Shown here: positions 57,280 to 64,000 of the stretch, one piece after another
Layout of the letters: each line of letters starts with the position of its first letter
Numbering within the stretch: the first letter of the stretch is position 1
Origin: Bacteroidota bacterium
Lineage (GTDB): Bacteria > Bacteroidota > Bacteroidia > Chitinophagales > Chitinophagaceae
Direction of reading: 5' to 3'
DNA: 64,000 nt
Assembly: GCA_026391455.1 (NCBI GenBank)
Contig: JAPLEH010000041.1
Coordinates: 39,728-103,727, forward strand
Notes under the pieces: model-generated
Database searches by the model: none
Seen by the model: only the letters and a program-made list of their open reading frames with translations
Told to the model about the DNA's origin: nothing
Position numbers and translations under genes: made by a program

Positions 57280-58064
57280 CCGTTGCGAATTATTTTGTCA
57301 TCCTGCCCGGTATATGATTTTAACTCCATGCGGGTGCCGTCAAAAACCGCATAGGTAAAATAGCGGATCCAGTCACCCAGATTGATATAACGTGCTTCCC
57401 CGGTACTGGCAACAGGAGTTAGACGATAATCAATGGCCAGGTGTCGGTGCCCAAACACAAAAAAATCAATATTTTTTTTCTTTAACACCTCTTTACAATA
57501 AATGATCAGCCATTCTTTTTCTTCCCCGAGAAAGTGTTCTTCCGTGCTGCCTGTTTGCGCCCTGCTTCTCCGGCTCATATAATTGGCGAGTCCCATTCCC
57601 AGCCGGGGTGGAAATACCCCAAACAGCCATTTGCTCACAGGGTTACGGAATACTTTCTTCAATCGTTTATACCCGTGATCGCCCGGGCCCAGCCCATCAC
57701 CATGACCGATCAGAAATTTTTTACCGCTTCGCTCAAATTCACAAGGTTCAAAATACACGGGTATTTGCAGCTCCTGCTGAAAATAATCCCTCATCCACAT
57801 ATCATGATTGCCGACAAAAAAATGGAGTTTGATGCCTGCGTCGGATAACGCAGCCAGTTTGCCGAGTAAACGAACGTATCCCTTCGGTACTACACGACGA
57901 TACTCATACCAGAAATCAAATATATCTCCCACGATGAAGATCTCTGCCGCATCTGATTGAACGGAATCCAGGAATTGTACGAGCAGCTTTTCCCTCACCA
58001 GGCTGGCAGCATGATTGGGTGCACCGAGATGAAAATCAGAAAGGAAATAGATATTTTGACCCAC
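57276..58064 (-). CDS. lpxH: UDP-2,3-diacylglucosamine diphosphatase
   Basis: Calcineurin-like metallophosphoesterase motifs in the LpxH arrangement: FLSDFHLG, GDIFDFWYEY, GNHDMW, GHGD and GHRH. Confidence 0.9.
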   Translation of the reverse strand: MGQNIYFLSDFHLGAPNHAASLVREKLLVQFLDSVQSDAAEIFIVGDIFDFWYEYRRVVPKGYVRLLGKLAALSDAGIKLHFFVGNHDMWMRDYFQQELQIPVYFEPCEFERSGKKFLIGHGDGLGPGDHGYKRLKKVFRNPVSKWLFGVFPPRLGMGLANYMSRRSRAQTGSTEEHFLGEEKEWLIIYCKEVLKKKNIDFFVFGHRHLAIDYRLTPVASTGEARYINLGDWIRYFTYAVFDGTRMELKSYTGQDDKIIRNG

Positions 58065-58093
58065 TATTAATTTTTCAGAAACAATTCCCTGCT

Positions 58094-58639
58094 TTATTTT
58101 TTTGAATACAGCTTATAACTGCCTTCCACATACCCATCGCCTTTTTTATCCCATACCCTGAATGCAACCGTAAACGTGGTGGGGGGCATGTCCTTCTTTA
58201 AAGTAATATTCGCTGAGATACCAATACTCGCTGCATCACTGGCATCAATGCCATCGTCATATTGTCCGCTGAATAAGTCCTTTTCATCCAGCAATACAGT
58301 CCCATCCTCCGCTGTGATTTTTTCTGCTGCTCCAAGGAAAACTTTGCCCTTCTCATTCACCCATCCATCTTCCACTATCAGTTTTACACTTACGGGTTGT
58401 GTAAAATCTACCAGGTTGCCTTCCGGCATAGCCGTACCATCTTTAAATACCAGATAGGCCTTTTCCAGTTTTAACCCATTTGCAGTCAACTGAATATCAT
58501 TGTAGATACGGGTGCCGTCTTTTACCACTGCGGTACCCTTTACTTCATCTTTCTTACCACCAACGGAACAACTGAACTCACAGGATTGCAACGTGCATAC
58601 AAGCAACAGGCAGATCAGGGGATGTGTCAATTTTTGCAT
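58094..58639 (-). CDS. Hypothetical lipoprotein
   Basis: MQKLTHPLICLLLVCTLQSCE has a lipobox. The body is beta-rich. The Met at 58639 is preferred over the longest ORF, which would overlap the upstream gene. Confidence 0.7.
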   Translation of the reverse strand: MQKLTHPLICLLLVCTLQSCEFSCSVGGKKDEVKGTAVVKDGTRIYNDIQLTANGLKLEKAYLVFKDGTAMPEGNLVDFTQPVSVKLIVEDGWVNEKGKVFLGAAEKITAEDGTVLLDEKDLFSGQYDDGIDASDAASIGISANITLKKDMPPTTFTVAFRVWDKKGDGYVEGSYKLYSKK

Positions 58640-58647
58640 AGCAGAAC

Positions 58648-59070
58648 TTATTTGTTTTTTAAATATTCCATCATATCGCCGGACTGTATCACTGGCCTGC
58701 CTTCCACATTGCCATTGTACCAATACACCCATGCTTTGATCACCTCCCCATTCAGGTCCACATCCGTTACTTCCCTGCGGTATAACTGTACTTCATCAGC
58801 TTCCACAGATACGCCTTCATAGTCATCTAACTGGCCAATGGCCCATGAAAACTCATGCTGGTTTTTTGCCTGGTACAATTCGCCAATAATATAGCTTTCA
58901 TCGCTGGCAGACACACCGGCGGGGTAACTGCCCATATCGTATAATTTTCCTTTGATACGGGAATCGCCGATAAACTTAAAAAAACGGCTGATATATTCAT
59001 ACACAGGGCTCTTAAAACCGCTGCGCAAAGAGCCATACACAAATAAGTGGTAAACACCTGGGTTTGTCAT
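58648..59070 (-). CDS. Gamma-glutamylcyclotransferase-like (GGACT/AIG2-like) protein
   Basis: LFVYGSLRSGF N-terminal motif and the central GELY catalytic-Glu context. 140 aa. Confidence 0.85.
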   Translation of the reverse strand: MTNPGVYHLFVYGSLRSGFKSPVYEYISRFFKFIGDSRIKGKLYDMGSYPAGVSASDESYIIGELYQAKNQHEFSWAIGQLDDYEGVSVEADEVQLYRREVTDVDLNGEVIKAWVYWYNGNVEGRPVIQSGDMMEYLKNK

Positions 59071-59140
59071 GATATAAAGATAAGATAAGAAAAAATAATA
59101 CGGTATTGACTTTGTGAAATGCTATTCAGCATTTCTCTTT

Positions 59141-59776
59141 TCAGGCTTCCACAAGGAAAAGGTACACTTCTTTGGGGCCATGTACACCCACCACCAGCGT
59201 TTTTTCAATATCTGCTGTGCGGCTGGGTCCGGTGGCAAATGTGATGAGAGAGGGCATACGCTCTCCGTATTTATCACGTGCTGCCACCAATGCGTCTTTG
59301 ATATCATATACCAACTGGGAGGTGTATGCAATACAAATATGCACCGGTGCATAAACGCTGGCCGTACGCCCGCTTTTTTGGGCAGCACTCATTACGATAC
59401 TCCCGGTGCGGGCCACCAGGTATTCACATCCTGTAATAGACACATCGCAACCTGCCAGATCGGTGGTGGTGATGCGATCGCTGAACTGTCCTCCTACTGT
59501 TTCCAGCAATTTATCTTCCAGGCAATATACTTTTTGCCAATCCTGTTTTCGGATCAGACTGGCCAATTGAAAAGCCAACTCCTGCCGGTTGATGCAGTAA
59601 ATAAATTTTCCCTGCAGGCGGGTAAACTGCTCAGCAAACTCCACTTCCACTTCCTGTTGGAGGGGATGAAATACCGACTGACTTCCCTCACTCTGGGGAA
59701 AAGGTAAAGGCGTTGGATGACTCAACGCCTTACGTATTTTTTTCAGAATATTCTCTTTTGAAGGAGATACGTTCAT
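59141..59776 (-). CDS. LUD-domain protein (LutC/YkgG-like)
   Basis: N-terminal KENILKKIRKAL and C-terminal LITFATGPSRTADIEKTLVVGVHGPKEVYLFLV, typical of LutC. It lies 9 bp after the ftsH stop. Confidence 0.8.
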   Translation of the reverse strand: MNVSPSKENILKKIRKALSHPTPLPFPQSEGSQSVFHPLQQEVEVEFAEQFTRLQGKFIYCINRQELAFQLASLIRKQDWQKVYCLEDKLLETVGGQFSDRITTTDLAGCDVSITGCEYLVARTGSIVMSAAQKSGRTASVYAPVHICIAYTSQLVYDIKDALVAARDKYGERMPSLITFATGPSRTADIEKTLVVGVHGPKEVYLFLVEA

Positions 59777-59785
59777 ACCCGATTA

Positions 59786-61891
59786 TTAAAGAGATGGTGC
59801 CAGATCGAGATTGCCGGTTTGATCATCTGCCGACTTACCATCCTGCGCCGGAGGTACCACCGCTGCAGAACCATCCCATGTTGTATCCGCGGCCACCTCT
59901 TCCGATGTTAATGTTTTCTTTTCTTCAAACGGACGTTTTCCGATCAGTGCCTCCACATCACTCTGGAAAAGCACTTCTTTTTCCAACAATGCGTTCGCGA
60001 GTTTTTCTACATCTGCTTTTTTACTTGTCAGCAGTTCTTTTGTTTTCTCATATGCATCATCGATCAGCTTTCTTACTTCTTGATCGATCATTTTTGCTGT
60101 TTCGTCGGAATAAGGTTTCGTAAATGCATTTTCCTGCTGGGGATCATAAAAGCTGATATTTCCCACTTTGTCGTTCATGCCATATACCGTTACCATCGAG
60201 TAAGCGATGCGGGTGATCTGCTGCAGATCGTTCTGTGCACCCGTAGAAATCTTATGGAAGAAGATCTCTTCGCTGGCCCTTCCACCGAGTGTCATACATA
60301 TCTGATCGGTAAGCTGATCAATATTATACAGGTATTGTTCTTTCGGTGTGTATTGCGCATAGCCCAGTGCCGCGGTACCCCTTGGCACGATGGTCACTTT
60401 CAATAACGGATAAGCGTGCTCCAGGTACCAGCCGCATACAGCATGGCCGGCTTCATGGTAGGCAATGATCTTTTTCTCCTCCGGAGAAATGATCTTATTC
60501 TTCTTTTCAAGTCCGCCGATCACGCGATCCACAGCATCCTGAAAGTCGGACATATCCACCGCTTCCTTGTTTTTACGGGCCGCGATCAATGCCGCTTCAT
60601 TACATACGTTGGCAATATCCGCACCGGCAAATCCGGGGGTTTGTTCGGCCAGTTTATGTATGTCCAGTGTTTTGGATATCTTGATCGGCTTCAGGTGTAC
60701 TTTGAAAATAGCTTCCCGTCCGGCCAGATCGGGTTTATCGATCGTGATCTGACGGTCGAAACGTCCCGGGCGAAGCAGAGCGGAGTCAAGTACATCGGGC
60801 CGGTTAGTAGCAGCCAATACGATAATACCTACATCCGTTCCAAATCCGTCCATTTCCACGAGCAATTGGTTAAGCGTACTCTCCCGTTCGTCATTGCTCA
60901 TCATCGCATTTTTTCCGCGGGCACGGCCGATGGCATCAATCTCATCGATGAAGATGATACAAGGTGCTTTTTCACGTGCCTGTTTGAAAAGGTCTCGCAC
61001 ACGGCTGGCGCCCACACCCACAAACATCTCCACAAAATCGGATCCGCTGAGGCTGAAGAAAGGCACTTGTGCTTCTCCGGCTACGGCTTTGGCCAATAAG
61101 GTTTTACCGGTACCGGGAGGACCAATCAGCAATGCGCCCTTGGGTATTTTACCACCGAGGTTGGTGTATTTCTTAGGATTCTTTAAAAAGTCAACGATCT
61201 CCATCACTTCCACTTTCGCTTCATCCAGTCCGGCTACATCGGCAAATGTGATGTTCACTTTCGTACCCTTGTCAAATAAGGTGGCTTTTGATTTACCGAT
61301 ATTGAATATGCCTCCGGGGCCAGCACCGCCTCCGGCACCTCCACTCATTTTACGCATCAGCAGTATCCAAAGTCCTACGAGCAATAATACTGGCAGGAGA
61401 AACTGAAATATACCGCTGAACCAATCCCTTTCGTTCGATGGATAATAGACCACTTCTTTTACGGTGGGGTTAGCTTTGTAAAAATCAGCCATTTCTTTTT
61501 GAAACCCTTCCACACTTCCGATCTTAAAACTCATCTCAGGGCCTTCCTTGGTACTTACTTTGGCATCACTCAGCTTCTGTTTATATTTTTCCTTTGCAGC
61601 TTTTGTAAGGTAGATACGAACCAGTTCCTTGTTTTTGATAAGATCATACTTTTCCACATCTCCGTTCTGAATCATGGTTTTGAACTCGGGCATGGATAAG
61701 TCTGCTGTCTTTGAGTTGTACATACTGAACAACTGTATACCCAGCAGCACGGCGAAGATGATCAGGTAGACCCAGTAGATACTGAACCTCGGTCCTTTTT
61801 TAGGAAGCTGATTAGGATCTTCCCCACCACCGGGAGGGCGGTTGGGAAAACGTGGGGGCCTGTTCTCGTTTTTATTATTAAAGTCTGACAT
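59786..61891 (-). CDS. ftsH: ATP-dependent zinc metalloprotease FtsH
   Basis: Two TM segments, AAA+ Walker [19 protein letters not shown], Walker [13 protein letters not shown] and the zinc site HEAGHA. Confidence 0.97.
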   Translation of the reverse strand: MSDFNNKNENRPPRFPNRPPGGGEDPNQLPKKGPRFSIYWVYLIIFAVLLGIQLFSMYNSKTADLSMPEFKTMIQNGDVEKYDLIKNKELVRIYLTKAAKEKYKQKLSDAKVSTKEGPEMSFKIGSVEGFQKEMADFYKANPTVKEVVYYPSNERDWFSGIFQFLLPVLLLVGLWILLMRKMSGGAGGGAGPGGIFNIGKSKATLFDKGTKVNITFADVAGLDEAKVEVMEIVDFLKNPKKYTNLGGKIPKGALLIGPPGTGKTLLAKAVAGEAQVPFFSLSGSDFVEMFVGVGASRVRDLFKQAREKAPCIIFIDEIDAIGRARGKNAMMSNDERESTLNQLLVEMDGFGTDVGIIVLAATNRPDVLDSALLRPGRFDRQITIDKPDLAGREAIFKVHLKPIKISKTLDIHKLAEQTPGFAGADIANVCNEAALIAARKNKEAVDMSDFQDAVDRVIGGLEKKNKIISPEEKKIIAYHEAGHAVCGWYLEHAYPLLKVTIVPRGTAALGYAQYTPKEQYLYNIDQLTDQICMTLGGRASEEIFFHKISTGAQNDLQQITRIAYSMVTVYGMNDKVGNISFYDPQQENAFTKPYSDETAKMIDQEVRKLIDDAYEKTKELLTSKKADVEKLANALLEKEVLFQSDVEALIGKRPFEEKKTLTSEEVAADTTWDGSAAVVPPAQDGKSADDQTGNLDLAPSL

Positions 61892-61968
61892 ATTTGTGTT
61901 TAACAGTATTGCTATTTAATGATTTATCGGAGAAAAAGTTTGTATCACAACGAGATTTAACAATTGCG

Positions 61969-62385
61969 TTATTCGTTATGCTCCTGTCCGGCCGCATCGC
62001 TCCACATTTCCTCAAGCCGATAGAATTTCCGTGTATCCGGCTGCATCACATGTACCACCACATTCACATAATCGATCAATACCCAGTGCAGGTTATGATA
62101 GCCCTCGTGATGATAAGGACTTTCTTCGCACTTCTCCCTTACACGGTTTTCAACGTTTTCTGCGATCGCTCTTACTTGCGGTTGACTCCCGGCTTCACAA
62201 ATGATAAAAAAATCCGCCACTGCCTCATTAATCTTTCTCAGATCCAGTGACAGGATATTTTCTCCTTTCTTTTCCTGGATGGCGGCAATGATGGTTTTGA
62301 TGATCTTAGAACGCTGTGTCAGCCTTTTCACACCTGGCTGCAGATTCTTGTTTTTGCGGTTGGTCAGTAATGCCAATTGTTCCAA
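61969..62385 (-). CDS. rsfS: Ribosome silencing factor RsfS
   Basis: GENILSLDLRKINEAVADFFIICEAGS and WVLIDYVNVVVHVM are typical RsfS/iojap motifs. The gene is upstream of ftsH. Confidence 0.9.
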   Translation of the reverse strand: MEQLALLTNRKNKNLQPGVKRLTQRSKIIKTIIAAIQEKKGENILSLDLRKINEAVADFFIICEAGSQPQVRAIAENVENRVREKCEESPYHHEGYHNLHWVLIDYVNVVVHVMQPDTRKFYRLEEMWSDAAGQEHNE

Positions 62386-62434
62386 TAATGAGGGTATTTT
62401 TAATTTTTGTTTAGCGGCCCGTATTGATTACTGG

Positions 62435-62442
62435 TATTTTTG
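62435..62442 (+). promoter_or_regulatory. Candidate -7 box TATTTTTG upstream of birA
   Basis: Matches TAnnTTTG, about 110 nt upstream of the birA start. Confidence 0.35.
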
Positions 62443-62497
62443 TGTCGAACCGCCTGGCCGGTAAGCCGGGCTGCGTGAAACTGAAAGAATAACCAAT

Positions 62498-62536
62498 AAC
62501 TGGTATAGCAAACGGGAACCAGTTTCATTTTCTTTG
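62498..62536 (+). other. Terminator-like hairpin plus T-rich tract inside the birA leader
   Basis: AACTGGT-13 nt-ACCAGTT is a 7-bp stem followed by TCATTTTCTTTG. It lies between the candidate promoter and the birA start. Confidence 0.35.
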
Positions 62537-62553
62537 TCAAAAATAGCAATTAA

Positions 62554-63381
62554 TTGTCACAACATTCCCCCCAGAATCCGATCGGATCGCCATTTATTGA
62601 ACTGCAATCAGTTGACAGCACCAACAACTATGCCCGAAAGCAGGTTTATGCTGATTTGGCACAGCACGGAATGACCGTATTTACCCATGAACAAACAGCA
62701 GGAAAAGGGCAGCGCGGGAAGGTCTGGCAATCACAAAAAGACGAGAATATCGCTTTGAGCATATTGATAAATCCGCAGCCAATCAGTCTGGCCAACCAGT
62801 TTCAGCTCAGTGCCTGTGTAGCGGTAGCCGTACATGATTTTTTCTATACCTATGCCGGGGATGATACTAAAATCAAATGGCCTAATGATCTATACTGGCA
62901 GGACAGAAAGGCAGGAGGCATTTTGATCGAATCGGTGATTGGTAGCCCGGAGCCGGTAAACAGTGAAGCACGGCCTTCGCAAGCATCTCTGGAAATGACG
63001 AAATGGAAATGGGCCATCGCGGGAATCGGCATCAATATCAATCAGGTGCAATTTGCTCCGGAACTCATCAATCCCGTTTCACTCAAACAAATCACCGGTA
63101 AAACCTTTTCACCCCTTACACTGGCCCATGAACTTTGCAGGAAAATAGAAGAAAAATATCTAATATTAACAGGGGTCGGGTTTGCCCCGCTCTATGAAGA
63201 ATACCTCGCCTGTCTCTACAAAAAAGGACAACTGGTGAAACTCCGGAAAGAGAACCGGGTATTTAATGCACAGATAAAAACCGTATTGCCCGATGGAAAC
63301 CTGGTGATCGAACATGCCACCGAAGAAATTATTGCATTTGGCGAAGTGGAATGGATACCCGAAACTAAGCCTTTCAGGTAA
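62554..63381 (+). CDS. birA: Biotin--[acetyl-CoA-carboxylase] ligase (no N-terminal HTH domain apparent)
   Basis: GKGQRGKVWQS biotin-binding loop, KWPNDLY and GIGININ. At 275 aa with a TTG start it is too short to include a BirA repressor HTH. Confidence 0.9.
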   Translation: MSQHSPQNPIGSPFIELQSVDSTNNYARKQVYADLAQHGMTVFTHEQTAGKGQRGKVWQSQKDENIALSILINPQPISLANQFQLSACVAVAVHDFFYTYAGDDTKIKWPNDLYWQDRKAGGILIESVIGSPEPVNSEARPSQASLEMTKWKWAIAGIGININQVQFAPELINPVSLKQITGKTFSPLTLAHELCRKIEEKYLILTGVGFAPLYEEYLACLYKKGQLVKLRKENRVFNAQIKTVLPDGNLVIEHATEEIIAFGEVEWIPETKPFR

Positions 63382-63727
63382 ACTCCACTCCCTGTAGAAT
63401 CGCTGTGCATGCTTCCGCAGCCCTGGCTTCTTTTTCAAACTTGTTGTTATAATAACCGTGCTTCACCCAATCAAAAAAGTATTTACATAAAAAGCCGGCA
63501 TATCCATGTTGCCGGTATTGCTGTATATGTTTTACTTCGTGACATACCCATGCAGTATCCCGTAAAAATTCTTCCCTCGTTGTATTGTGCAGATGAATGG
63601 TGTGACCCAGCACCATGGCCAACTGCTGAGATTTCATTTTGATGGCTGCCAGCTTTGCCAGCGGGGAATTCTCCCGGATACGCACTTTCATGTGCAATAG
63701 ACCGCAATGTTCTTTCATACGTTGCAT
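63374..63727 (-). CDS. Small zincin-like protein (DUF4157-like, HExxH)
   Basis: LAMVLGHTIHLH...WVCHEVKHIQQYRQHG, where HEVKH is an HExxH motif in the DUF4157 context. 117 aa. Its 3' end overlaps birA by 8 bp (convergent). Confidence 0.65.
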   Translation of the reverse strand: MQRMKEHCGLLHMKVRIRENSPLAKLAAIKMKSQQLAMVLGHTIHLHNTTREEFLRDTAWVCHEVKHIQQYRQHGYAGFLCKYFFDWVKHGYYNNKFEKEARAAEACTAILQGVEFT

Positions 63728-63772
63728 AAAAAAGCCCCGCAGTGCAGGGCCTTATTTTGCTCAAAACTAAAA

Positions 63773-64000
63773 TTAGCTGGTCGGTTTCTTTTTCTTTTCT
63801 TTCCAAACCGTGAACTGACGGCTGATGGTGAATCCCCACCTGAACTGGCCTTTACCCCAGGAGGTAACGGTGCGGGGAATAAAACGGTTTTCCACGATCT
63901 CCGTGGTATTGGTAAAATTCAGGTGAAACACATGTCGGCCGGTCACCACTTCCAATCCCACACCCAGAGGATTGTAAAAACGTACGTTTTCTTTTAAGCG
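63773..64000 (-). CDS. C-terminal part of a hypothetical (possibly outer-membrane) protein; gene enters from beyond the window end
   Basis: The frame is open from the window edge: RLKENVRFYNPLGVGLEVVTGRHVFHLNFTNTTEIVENRFIPRTVTSWGKGQFRWGFTISRQFTVWKEKKKKPTS. The pattern is beta-strand-like. Identity unknown. Confidence 0.45.
   Translation of the reverse strand, partial: RLKENVRFYNPLGVGLEVVTGRHVFHLNFTNTTEIVENRFIPRTVTSWGKGQFRWGFTISRQFTVWKEKKKKPTS

Noticed and set aside
59116-59137. Hairpin GAAATGCT-ATTC-AGCATTTC followed by TCTCTTTTC, reading as a plus-strand terminator between two minus-strand genes
   Set aside because: There is no plus-strand gene for it to terminate. On the relevant minus strand it lacks a T-tract. 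It is probably a weak structure or the lutC-like 3' stem, with insufficient evidence for any function.
62449-62540. SRP (4.5S) RNA-like element in the birA leader, because of CCTGGCCGGTAAGCCGGGCTGCG
   Set aside because: The helix-8 signature (a GNRA tetraloop closed by the conserved asymmetric and symmetric loops with AGCA/GGAA) cannot be drawn convincingly. Only a 4-bp CCGG/CCGG stem forms.
1-64000. tRNA, rRNA, CRISPR arrays, transposases, integrases, phage or defence genes
   Set aside because: No T-loop GGTTCGAATCC-like motifs occur outside coding regions. No regularly spaced 25-40 bp repeats were seen. No product has DDE, tyrosine-recombinase, nuclease-helicase or other defence-type motifs. 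The window appears to be core chromosome.

Overview
This 64-kb chromosomal segment appears to come from a Bacteroidota genome, probably Chitinophagia/Sphingobacteriia-like. Supporting signs are a SusC/SusD pair, carboxypeptidase-regulatory-domain outer-membrane receptors, many TAnnTTTG -7 promoter boxes and lipoprotein/Sec signals. I call about 55 densely packed protein genes. Most are housekeeping: mreB-mreC-mreD, purD, kynA, serS, gcvH, prfA, recO, gatB, alaS, lpxH, ftsH, rsfS and birA. These are interleaved with envelope, transport and sensing genes. That set includes two POT peptide transporters plus an OPT transporter, an MFS, an MMPL/RND-type transporter, MscS, an ECF sigma/anti-sigma pair, a propeller-type histidine kinase with a NarL-type regulator, a DUF1800/DUF1501 pair and an AlkB-like hydroxylase. 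I saw no rRNA, tRNA, CRISPR array, transposase, integrase or phage genes. I could not identify a convincing multi-gene novel system such as a defence island, and the window reads as core chromosome. The most noteworthy items are: (1) two intergenic loci built from heptamer/octamer micro-repeat arrays, one also carrying a perfect palindrome and the other a canonical G-quadruplex motif; (2) a small outer-membrane beta-barrel gene interrupted by a single in-frame TAG; (3) the uncharacterised DUF1800/DUF1501 pair; (4) a modular glycine-rich protein next to an ORF-free AT-rich region that ends in an orphan minus-strand terminator; (5) an AlkB-type hydroxylase with no rubredoxin partner; (6) a signal-peptide protein translationally coupled to lpxH. 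All functional calls come from reading motifs in the supplied translations; no database search was run.
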